This document shows, piece by piece, positions 1-10,759 of a DNA stretch of 64,000 nucleotides. The stretch's first letter is position 1. Each line of letters begins with the position of its first letter. The notes under the pieces are model-generated. The model saw only the letters and a program-made list of their open reading frames with translations, searched no databases and was not told the DNA's origin. The translations under genes and the position numbers were made by a program. This DNA comes from Hemiscyllium ocellatum (taxonomy: Eukaryota). Where the stretch lies: NCBI RefSeq assembly GCF_020745735.1, contig NC_083415.1:57712964-57776963 (forward strand). The letters run 5' to 3'.

Positions 1-1790
1 CCTGCCTCACTGAACTCACCTCCGCATACCTCGACACGGTCCTGTTCCCCTTAGTCCAAGAACTCCCCACCTACATTCGGGACACCACCCACGCCCTCCA
101 CCTCCTCCATGATTTTCGCTTCCCCGGTCCCCAACACCTTATCTTCACCATGGACATCCAGTCCGTGTACACCTCCATCCCTCATCACGAAGGACTCAAA
201 GCCTTCCGCTTCTTCCTTTCCCGCCGTACCAGTACCCTTCCACTGACACCCTCCTTCGACTGACTGAACTGGTCCTCACCCTGAACAACTTCTCTTTCCA
301 ATCCTCCCAATTCCTCCAAACTAAAGGAGTTGCCATGGGCACCCGCATGGGCCCCAGCTATGCCTGTCTCTTCGTAGGATATGTAGGACAGTCCATCTTC
401 CACAACTACACTGACACCACCCCCCTTTTCCTCCGCTACATCGATAACCGTATCGACGCTGCCTCGTGCTCCCACGAGGAGGTTGAAAAGTTCATCCACT
501 TTACCAACACCTTCCCACCCTGACCTCAAATTCACCTGGACCGTCTCAGACTCCTCCCTCCCCTTCCTAGACCTTTCCATTTCTATCTCGGGCGACCAAA
601 TCAACATAGACATCTACTATAAACTGACTGACTCCCACAGCTACCTAGAATACATCTCCTCCCACCCTGCCCTCTGTAAAAATGCCATCCCATATTCCCG
701 ATTCCTTCGTCTCCACTGCATCTGCTCCCAGGAAGACCAGTTCCAATACTGTACAGCCCAGATGGCCTCCTTCTTCAAGGACTGCAGATTCCCCCCCAGA
801 CGTGATTGACGATGCCCTCCACCGCATCTCCTCCACTTCCCGCTCCTCCGCCCTTGAGCCCCACCTCTCCAACAGTCACCAGGACAGAACCCCACTGGTT
901 CTCACCTACCACCCCACCAACCTCCAGATACAGCATATCATTCGCCATCATTTCCACCACCGCCAAACGAACCACACCACCAGGGATATATTTCCCTCCC
1001 CTCCCCTATCAGCATTCCGAAAAGACCACTCCCTTCGTGACTCCCTCGTCAGGTCTACACCCCCCACCAACCCAACCTCCACTCCCGGCACCTTCCCCTG
1101 CAACCGCAAGAAATGCAAAACTTGCGCCCAGACCTCCTCCCTTACTTCTCTCCAAGGCCACAAGGGATCCTTCCATATCCACCACAAATTCACCTGCACC
1201 TCCACACACATCATCTATTGCATCCGCTGCACCCGATGTGGCCTCCTCTATATTGGGGAGACAGGCCGCCTACTTGCAGAACGTTTCAGAGAACACCTCT
1301 GGGACACCCGGATCAACTAACCCAACCACCCCGTGGCTCAACACTTTAACTCCCCCTCCCACACCACCGAGGACATGCAGGTCCTTGGACTCCTCCATCG
1401 CCAGAACATAACAACACGACGGTTAGAGGAAGAGCGCCTCATCTTCCGCCTGGGAACCCTCCAACCACAAGGGATGAACTCAGATTTCTCCAGTTTCATT
1501 TCCCCTCCCCCCACCTTGTCTCAGTCGAATCCCTCGAACTCAGCACCGCCTTCCTAAACTGTAATCTTCTTCCTGAACCTCTCCGCCCCCACCCCACCTC
1601 ACCTTGACCTCCTTCCACCTATCACATCTCTATCGCCCCTCCCCCAAGTCCCTCCTCCCTACCTTTTATCTTAGCTGCTGGACACACTTTCCTCATTCCT
1701 GATGAAGGGCTTATGCCCGAAACATCGAATTTCCTGTTCCTTGGATGCTGCCTGACCTGCTGCGCTTTTCCAGCAACACATTTTCAGCCC
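1..1790 (+). mobile_element. Penelope-like element (Neptune-type), 3' half: RT + Cys-rich linker + GIY-YIG endonuclease + pLTR; frameshifted
   Basis: MGTRMGPSYACLFVG and LRYID RT motifs; CNRKKCKTC Zn-finger-like motif; IYCIRCTRCGLLYIGETGR (GIY-YIG); hammerhead at 3' end. Confidence 0.9.
1695..1730 (+). ncRNA. Minimal type I hammerhead ribozyme motif in PLE terminus (stem III palindrome altered, AUC triplet)
   Basis: ATTC-CTGATGA-A-GGGC-TTAT-GCCC-GAAA-CATC-GAAT. Confidence 0.7.
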
Positions 1791-2700
1791 TATATCAGTT
1801 CAAAGTCATGCCATTTAATATGAAAAATACTCCAGCCACATTTCAGAGACTGACTAATAAGGTCATTGTTGGGTTATCCAATTGTGTTGTTTACATTAAT
1901 GACCGGGTGGTTTTTAGTCACTCATGGAAGGAACATTTACAGCATTTATCAGACTTGTTCGACCGACTCTGGAAGGCAGGCTTGGTGGTAAACCTGGCTA
2001 AAAGTGAATTTGTCAGAGCCCAAGTCACCTTCCTGGGCCATGTTATTAGACATGGACCAATGGCCCCATGGGATGCAAAAATGAAAGTAATTGGGGAATT
2101 TCCCACACCGTCAACAAAAAAAGCAGTACCATAGTTCCTGGGGTTAAGTTGATATTACCGAAAGTTTGTGTCGAACTTTAACAGTATGGTTGCTCCCCTC
2201 ACCAAATTGTTAAAAAAGTCAAGAAGTTTCAGTGGACAGCAGATTGTCAAAAGGCATTTGACAGCCTAAAAACTGTGTTAACCACTGTCCCAATATTAGC
2301 CACAGCGGATTACGCATAGACTTTCAAGGTGGCTATTAATACCAGTGATGTGGGTGTCAGTGCTGTGCTCCTGCAGGAGGATGACGAGGGGATAGAAAGA
2401 CCCATCAGATATTTATCTAGGAAGTTGAGCATTGATAAACAGAAATATTCAGTGGTGGAGAAAGAGACTTTAAGCTTGGTGTTGGCATTACAGTATTTCA
2501 GTGTTTATAATACCAGCAATGCATCTGAGACAATCATATAACCTGATCATAAATTTTTCCCAAATGTCAATGGGTTAAGGACAAAAATGCCAGACTATTT
2601 AGATGAAGCTTATTGTTACAGCCACTCAATTTGATAATTGTGCATGTAGCATGAAAACGGATTGCCGATGCATTATTGAGACTTGAATGAGATATGGAGG
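1790..2700 (+). mobile_element. Gypsy-type LTR retrotransposon pol remnant (RT C-part + RNase H), degraded
   Basis: YQFKVMPFNMKNTPATFQR..VVYIND (RT); TSDVGVSAVLLQ..PIRYLSRKL..YSVVEKE..ADALLR (RNase H); stops and frameshifts. Confidence 0.88.
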
Positions 2701-2865
2701 TGTTCAGTGGTGGGTGTACTGCAGCCTGAATTTGCACAGGGTTGTGCATGTTTATAGCTAGTATAATGTGTATGTGCATTTAGATTACTAACCGGCTTTT
2801 GAAGGGCTAAAAACGGTCCCATCTTTTGGTTTTTTTTAAAATGGGGGTGGGGGGTGGGGGAAAGA

Positions 2866-3481
2866 TGTCTCAAAGCTAGCCCCTTTCTTTCTAAAAGCTG
2901 TTCCTTGGCTCAAGGAGACTCTGTCCCGGATGTTTTCAGAGGGCCAGGCTCCGATCAGTCTGGTTTTGTACAGAGATGAAAAGGATTTTGAGAGTCCATT
3001 TGTTTATATATAAACAGCTGACACTTCAGGCTAAAGTGGTCATGTTTTAGAAGTGACCTGTATAAAGAAAAGGGAATGGTCAGTTCTCCAGCTGAGCTGA
3101 GCAGGTTTTAGTTCAGTGTTGAACTGGGAAGTTCAACAGGGAGCTTTGCGGAAACATATCTTTCTGCCTATAAGCATGTGTTCCATGTATATGTTTTTTA
3201 AAAAAAGGGAATTTGCTTATTGGGACTGTTGTGTGTATTCAGAACAGCATAATTAAGTCTAGCTGGATAGGTTGAGTTCTGTAGGGGTTCTTTATTCTGT
3301 TCTTTGTGTTTCATTGTGTAATTTTGTGAATAAACATCTCGTCTGTTTTAAAATCTAGTAGTCAACATAGATATCTTACTCCAGGTAATTTTCACTATAT
3401 ACTTACTGAAGCAAATTGCAAAGTTAGGTCTAGGGCTGCCTGCTTAAGAATGTTTTGAGTGGTGTGGCCTAGTCCAGAACA
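2866..3481 (+). mobile_element. 3' LTR of the Gypsy element, preceded by a polypurine tract
   Basis: G-rich PPT at ~2842-2865, then TG...; AATAAA near 3330; ends ...CCAGAACA (TG..CA). Confidence 0.7.
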
Positions 3482-3559
3482 TCTTTCAGAAAGGTCAGAT
3501 ATCCTTGAGCATTCAGTTCCTAGCTTTGATCTTCTTATAACCATTATTCACAATGGCTA

Positions 3560-4545
3560 TACAAAAAAAAACAAAGAAAATTACAGCACAGGAACAAGCT
3601 CTTCAGCCCTTCATGCCTGCGCCAATCCAGGTCCTTTATCTAAACCTGTCGCCTATTTTCGCAGGATCCTGCTCCCTGCCTATTCATGTATCTGTCTAGA
3701 CACATCTTAAATAACGCCATCATGCCCGCCTCTACCACTTCTGCTGGTAAAAAGTTCCAGACACCCACTCTCTGTGTAAAGAAGTTTCCACATGTATCTC
3801 CCTTAAACTTTCCCTCTAATTTTGAACTCATAACCCCTAATAATTGAGTTCCCCACTCTGTGGAAAAAAAGTTTCTTGCTACCCACCCTGTCTACACCTC
3901 TCATGATTTTGTAGACCTCAGTCAGGTCCCCCCCCTCAACCTCTGTCTTTCTAGTGAAAATAATCCTAATATACTCAACTTCTCTTCATAGCTAGCACCC
4001 TCCATACCAGGCAACCTCCTCTACACCCTCTCCAAAGCATCCACACCCTTTTGGTAATGTGACAACCAGAACTGTTCATAGTATTCCAAATGTGGCTGAA
4101 CCAAAGTCTTATAAAACTGTAACATGACCTGCCAGCTCTTGTACTCAATACCCCATCCAATGAAGGAAAGCATGCTGTATGGCTCCTTGACCACTTTACT
4201 GACCTTCAGGGAACAATGGACCTGAACACTCAGATCTCTCTGTACATCAATTTTCCTCAGGACTTTTCCATTTACTGTATACTTTGCTTTTGAATTGGAT
4301 CTTCCAAAATACATCACCTTGCATTGCCATTTCTCTGCCTAACTCTCTGACCTATCTATATTCTGCTGTGTTCTCTGACAGTCCCCTTCACTACCTGCAA
4401 CTCCTCTAATCTTAGCAAATTTGCAGATGACACTAAATCAGACCACCGATACCTTCCTCCAAATTACTTATGTATATCACAAACAACAGCAATCCCAGCA
4501 CAGGTCTCCTTCACTGGTCACGAGTTTCCATTTTGAGAAACCCTC
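3560..4545 (-). mobile_element. CR1-clade LINE 3' fragment, degraded
   Basis: ORF2 C-terminal motifs YKTLVQPHLEYYEQFW, NFFTQRVGVWN; simple-repeat tail near 3560. Confidence 0.85.
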
Positions 4546-4626
4546 TTAAGGAGTAAGGTCATACCCATTTACATGAATTTGTGTTGCTACTTTATTTTTG
4601 TTTTAAATAGGTACAATATTACATTC

Positions 4627-5142
4627 AATTCTGGTCTTCTTCCTAACGGAAAGATGTCGTGAAATTTGAAAGGATTCAGAAAAGATTTAAGGGTGTTGCC
4701 AGAGTTGGAGAATTTGACCCATAGGGAGAGGTCGAATAGGCTAAGGCCGTTTTCCCTGGAACATCGGAGGCTGAGGGGTGACCTTACATAGGTTTACAAA
4801 ATCATGAGGGGCATGGATAGGATAAATAGACAAAGTCTTTTCCCTGGGGTTGGGAGTCCAGAACTAGAGGGCATAGGTTTAGGGTCAGAGGGGAAAAATA
4901 TGAGAGACACCTCGAGGGCAACTTTTTCACGCAGAGGGTGGTACGTGTATGGAATGAGCTGCCGGAGGAAGTGGTGGAGGCTGGTACAATTGCACCATTT
5001 AAAAGGCATCTGGGTGGATATATGAATAGGAAGAGTTTGGAGGGATATGGGCCGGGTGCTGGCAAGCAGGACTTGATTGGGTTGGGATATCTGATTGGCA
5101 TGGACAAGTTGGACCGTGCTGTACATCTTTATGACTTTATAA
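4627..5142 (+). mobile_element. CR1-clade LINE 3' fragment
   Basis: MRGMDRINRQSLFP and VRVWNELPEEVVEAG motifs. Confidence 0.85.
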
Positions 5143-5699
5143 TACAAAAGCTGTTGCTTCTTTTCAATTTATAAAGGAGTGTTTTTGGGATTATAGACTT
5201 ACTGTATAGTTAAAATCTCTGAATTTGTCCTATAGGTAGATGGTTTGATTAATTTATCTTCATTTCTCACAATAAACGTTTTAATTATTAAAACAAAATC
5301 TATAGCATTGTGTGCTTATGTTTCAGTGAGAGACCACTTTGTTAAAATCAAAATGACCCATCAAGCCAAGTTCCTGTCTGTAATAACATCAGTTAAGATC
5401 ATTACATCCAATAAACATTATAAATTGAAATGTGACACCTAGCCACACAGGTTGGTTTGGATGATTTCGAATTTGTGGAGACCAGCACTTGGCCAACCGA
5501 CCAGGAAAAAATTAGAATAGTCAAGTCTAGAGGTAAAGAAGCAGGAATGAGAATTCTCGCAGGTGAACTTAGTTAGAGATGACGTCAAGCAGTGATATGG
5601 AGGTGGAACTAAGTAGACTTATTGATGACACCACTGACGTTGGAAGCTCATCTCAGGGGTCAAATGCAGAACCAAAGCTGTGGACTGCCTGGTTTAGCC

Positions 5700-5830
5700 T
5701 CAAAAAACAAAGGGTCACTGGACCGGAAATGTTACCTCTGCTTTCTCTCCACAGGTGCTGTCATACCTGCTGAGTTTTTACAGCAATTTACATTTTTGTA
5801 TCAGATTTCCAGCATCCGTAGTTCTAATAT
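5700..5830 (+). repeat. Decayed PLE-terminus-type short repeat (similar fragments near 6465-6580 and 54560-54650)
   Basis: GGGTCACTGGACCGGAAATGTT...GATGCTG/ACCTGCTGAG pattern resembling the pLTR tails seen elsewhere in the window. Confidence 0.4.
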
Positions 5831-6634
5831 TTGGTTTAGCCTCAGACTGTTGCTGTTGAAGGATGGAGTCAGTAGCTGAATATCAAAGAAGAGTCTTTGC
5901 AATGTCTACAAAGCAAGATGTTTTAAGGAGGCTTTTGAAGATGGGGAGAAACTACCAAATGAAGAGATTAGCATAAGCACTCAATTTTAAAGTCACGATG
6001 CCTGATGGCAGGAGGTCCTTGAAGTCAGGTAGGGGTGGATCAAAATAAGTCACTTGGGTAGAGTGGAAAATGCCTAAAAAATTTGCAAACAATGCCCAAC
6101 ACTTTAAAACAAACATTCTTGAAGATAGCTGATGAAAGTGGAATCTGGAGAGAGGCTGGGACTTGAAGTAAGTTTACACCATAGTCTATAAGTCCCCAAT
6201 TTCTCTACTGCTTTGAAGGGACTCCTGAGAACCTGTTTGTGGCCCAGCTTCTGATTGCTGACCAGAGGATCTCCTTTATCAGCTTGTATTTATTTTTATC
6301 TAAACATTTTTATTTTTATCTGTGAAAGGCCTCAAAGCATCACTCCACATTAGAACTTTAGAATTTGAGTTGTCAATTTATCTACAAAACAGTGGTCTTA
6401 TGTTTTCTACTCTGGTATGCAAGGAAATAGAGTTCCATATGAAAACTCAGCCAACTCTCAACGCTCTAATAAAGTCATCTAGACTCAAAACATGAGCTTG
6501 CTCTCTTTCCATGGATGCTGTCTGTGACTTCCTGCATTTGTTGTTTTCAGTATAGATTCCAGCAGCTGCAGTAACTTACTCACTCATAATTAGCTTTGTC
6601 AGAACAAATGATGAACTACGTAAAACTAAAAGTT

Positions 6635-7520
6635 ATCACTGGATTAGTAATCTAGAGGCCAGGTTAATGACCTAGGGACATGAGTTCAAAAGCCAGCTCA
6701 TGGAATTAAGGCTAATAAATAAATCTTGAATTAAAAGCTTGTCTCAATAATTGTGACCATGAAGCTGTCATTGATTGTCATAAGAACTTATCCCTCGGAA
6801 GAAAATCTGTTGTCACGTCTTCTGGTCTCCACCTAACTCCAGGCACCCAGAAAGGTTTTTGACACTTAACAGAAATGGCATGGCCATCCACTCAGTTGTA
6901 CTCAACCACTGCAAAATCAAAAAGGTCAAGGTGAAAACCAGATGGACCATTTAGTACAGGCCGAGATACAAGAAATGACACGGCAAACACAGAATTGTTG
7001 ACCTTACAAAATCTTCCTTATTAATATATGGGGGCGGGGGCCAAAATTGGGATGGCTGTGGAAATTACGAGTCTAGCAATAGATTGGATGGTTTGATTTC
7101 ATGACTGCATCAATTTCCCAGACACCGTCAAAGGAACAGGTGCCCTTGGACTACTCATTGATTCTGAGCCATATGAAGTCTCATGGCTACATGTTTAGTA
7201 CGGGTAAGGAGACCATCTGCTGATTCCACCTATCAATTCCAAGTCCCTCCTCCCCTTTCAGCAAGTGAATCAGTATAATACTGAACACCTCTTGGAACAA
7301 GCACTGAGACACAGAGTAAACACTGTTTGGGGAACTACAATATCCATCAGAGTAGCTCAGCAGCACCAATATTGAACGAGTTGGCTGAGTCTTAAAGGAT
7401 GTGGGCAGCTAGACAAATTCAGCAGCAGGTGATGCAGAAACCAAGCAGTAAAAAAAACTTACTTTACCTGATCCTACCAATCTGTTTCAATAAATTCGTC
7501 TGACCATGACAGTATCAGGA
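6635..7520 (+). mobile_element. Old SINE-like head plus non-LTR retrotransposon (endonuclease region) remnant; appears to resume at ~13897-14150 after the nested insertions
   Basis: Decayed APE-like peptides before 7520 and a plausible continuation (CACAGCCCTTGTGG...) after 13897; related head sequence on the minus strand at ~31480-31660 and ~37290-37500. Confidence 0.4.
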
Positions 7521-9519
7521 GGAACAAAGAACAAAGAAAACTTTACAGCCCAGGAACAGGCCCTTCAGCCCTCCTAGCCTTAGCCAATCCAAATGTACTG
7601 TCAATTCCTAAGCAACTGTATTCCTCTACTCCCCACCTACTGATGCATCTGTCCCGACACATCTTAAATGAATCTACCATGCCTGCCTCTCCCACCTCTG
7701 CTGGCAACCCATTCCAAATGCCCACCACCATCTCTGTGAAGTACTTGCCGTGTGTATCCCCCTTAAACTTTCCACCTCTCACCTTGAAATCGTGACCTCT
7801 CGTTATTGAACCCTTCACCCTGGGAAAAAGCTTGTTTCTATCAATCCTGTCTATACCCTTCATGATTTTGTAAACCTCAATCAGGTCCCCCCTTAATCTC
7901 CTTTTTTCTAATGCAAATAAACCTAACCTACTCAACCTCTCTTCATAGCTAGCACCTTCCATACCAGGCAACATCCTCACAAATCTTCTCTGCACCCTCT
8001 CCAAAGCGTCCACATCCTTTTGGTAATGTGGTGACTAGAACTGTACACAGTATTCTTAATGTGGCCAAACCAATATCTTGTACAATTTTAACATGACCTG
8101 CCAGCTCTCACACTCAACACCCCGTCCAATGAAGGCAAGCATACTATATGCCTTCTTGACCAATCTATCCACCTGTACAGCAACCTTCAGGGTACAACAG
8201 ACCTGCACTCCCAGATCTCTCTGCCCATCAATTTTTCCCAAAGCTCTTTCATTCATTGTATAATTTGTTCTAGAATTAATCTTGCCTAAATGCATCACCT
8301 CTCATTTGTCTGGATTGAAAGCCATCTGCCACTTTTCCGTCCAACTCTCCAGTCTATCTATATCCTCCTGTATTCTCTGACAGACCCTTATTCTTTCTGC
8401 CACTCCAGCAATCTTTGTATCATCTGCAAACTTGCTGATCATACCAACAGTGTGTTCTTCTAGATCATTACAAACAACAGTGGCCCCAATGCTGACCCCT
8501 TTGGAACACCAATGGGCACCTTTCTCCATTTCAAGAAACTCCATTTAACTACTACTGTCTCCTGTTGCTCAACCAGTTCTTTATCCACCTAGCTAGAACA
8601 CCCTGCACACTATGTGACTTCACTTTCTCCATTAGTCTACAATGGGGAACCTTATCAAATGCCTTACTAAAGTCCATGTATATGACATCAACAGCCCTTC
8701 CTTCATCTATCAACTTAGTCACTTCCTCGAAGAACTCTATCAAGTTGGTAAGGCATGATCTCCCCCATACAAAACCATGTTACCCAACACCGATAAGCTC
8801 TTTCCTTTCCAAATATAAATAGATCCTACCTCTCAGTACCCTCTCCAGCAACTTTCCCATGACCGTCAGGCTCACTTGTCTGTAGTTACCCAGAATATCC
8901 CAATTACCCTTCCTGTACAGGGGGACATCATGAGCAACCTTCCAGTCCTGGGAGATCCAAGATGGCGGCGACTCAGCAAGTCTGAGTTTACAGTGCTCTT
9001 CCCAAAACCTGGGTAAAGTGAGTTACTCACGCCCACCACACTTACCAAACCACCCAAAAAATTTTCTAACCTTAATTAGCTGCTTACTATTATATTTAAG
9101 CAGTTTAATATTAAGTGGATAATGAGTAAACCAAAGGGATCCCACAGCTCTCAGAAAACAAAGACCCCTCCCCCACCCTCCTCTCCTCCTCCGGCTGCAG
9201 CTGATGTAAAAACAGGCCTTGAAGAGATGATTGCCAGGCTGGAAACGACACTCGTCAATTTCATCGCAGAATCCAGACAGAGATGGAACTCATTCGAAGA
9301 AAAGCTACAAAAGCACAGCGAGGCTCTCGAGGAATTACAGGGCCGAGTGAAGGGGGCAGAGCTAAAGGCCACGACCTCCGAGGCTGCAGCACAAACAGCT
9401 GCAGAACAGGTGCCAGCTCTGGAGCAGAGAGTCCGGGCCTTTGAAATCTACATGGATGCTGCTGCAAATGTGTTGCTGGTCAAAGCACAGCAGGTTAGGC
9501 AGCATCTCAGGAATAGAGA

Positions 9520-9555
9520 ATTCGACGTTTCGAGCATAAGCCCTTCATCAGGAAT
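9520..9555 (-). ncRNA. Minimal type I hammerhead ribozyme, intact core
   Basis: Minus strand: ATTC-CTGATGA-A-GGGC-TTAT-GCTC-GAAA-C-GTC^GAAT; palindromic ACGT stem III. Confidence 0.8.
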
Positions 9556-10275
9556 GAGAGAGAGAGAGCCAAGCAGGCTGAGATAAAAGGTAGGGAGGAG
9601 GGACTAGGGGGAGGGGCGATGGAGGTGGGATAGGTGGAAGGAGGTCAAGGTGAGGGTGATAGGCCGGAGTGGGGTGGGGGCGGAGAGGTCAGGAAGAGGA
9701 TTGCAGGTTAGGAGGGCGGTGCTGAGTTGAGGGAACCGACTGAGACAAGGTCGGGGGAGGGGAAATGAGGAAACTGGAGAAATCTGAATTCATCCCTTGT
9801 GGTTGGAGGGTTCCCAGGCGGAAGATGAGGCGCTCCTCCTCCAGCCGTCGTGTAGTTGTGTTCTGCCGGTGGAGGAGTCCAAGGACCTGCATGTCCTCGG
9901 TGGAGTGGGAGGGGGAGTTAAAGTGTTGAGCCACGGGGTGATTGGGTTGGTTGGTCCGGGTGTCCCAGAGGTGTTCTCTGAAGCGTTCCGCAAGTAAGCG
10001 GCCCGTCTCCCCAATATAGAGGAGGCCACATCGGGTGCAGCGGATGCAATAGATGATGTGTGTGGAGGTACAGGTGAACTTGTGGCGGATATGGAAGGAT
10101 CCCTTGGGGCCTTGGAGGGAAGTGAGTGTGGAGGTGTGGGCGCAAGTTTTACATTTCCTGCGGTTGCAGGGGAAGGTGCCGGGGGTGGAGGTTGGGTTGG
10201 TGGGGGGTGTGGATCTGACAAGGGAGTCACGAAGGGAGTGGTCCTTGCGGCGATCGCGGGGGCTCCGAGGTCGGT

Positions 10276-10295
10276 GGGGGCGGAAGTGACGTCAC
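10276..10295. promoter_or_regulatory. GC-box + overlapping ETS-CRE motif in a CpG-rich patch of the PLE
   Basis: GGGGGCGGAAGTGACGTCAC; CpG-decayed homologue TGTGATATCACTTCCACCCC at ~42912-42931. Confidence 0.45.
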
Positions 10296-10723
10296 GGTCG
10301 GCGGCGGCCTTTGGTGCCGCGGGCGCTGTGGAGGCCACATGTGTAATGGCGTCCGACAGGCCTGTGGAAGATTCTGGAATAGTTGAGGGGCCACGAGTGT
10401 GGGGGTAAGTACATGAATCAGTCGGTTCCTTAGGCAGGTGCTGAGGAAGGAGATGTGGCTGTGGTAACGGGTCTGTTTGAGAACGTGGCTGAAGAGCTTC
10501 TGTGCAGAGGAGATGACCTGGGGGGTGCAGTGAGGGAGGGTCTCACTGAAATCCTTGTAGAGGGAGGAAGAGAGCTTCTTCAAGGAAGGCATCCTTGTAA
10601 GAGGATTCGCAGTAGGTTAAAATCTTCGAGTAAAAAATGAGGTCTGCAGATGCTGGAGATCACAGCTGCAAATGTGTTGCTGGTCAAAGCACAGCAGGTT
10701 AGGCAGCATCTCAGGAATAGAGA

Positions 10724-10759
10724 ATTCGACGTTTCGAGCATAAGCCCTTCATCAGGAAT
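10724..10759 (-). ncRNA. Minimal type I hammerhead ribozyme, intact core (second copy)
   Basis: Same 36-nt motif as 9520-9555. Confidence 0.8.

Noticed and set aside
1-1557. Selenocysteine (UGA) recoding as in Naiad-type PLEs
   Set aside because: The Cys positions I translated in the Zn-finger/GIY-YIG region are TGC/TGT; interruptions are ordinary frameshifts or TAA.
9122-9586. 154-aa ORF as a novel fusion protein
   Set aside because: It is ORF1p of half-L1 copy 1 running into the antisense PLE terminus after the insertion at 9459; a by-product.
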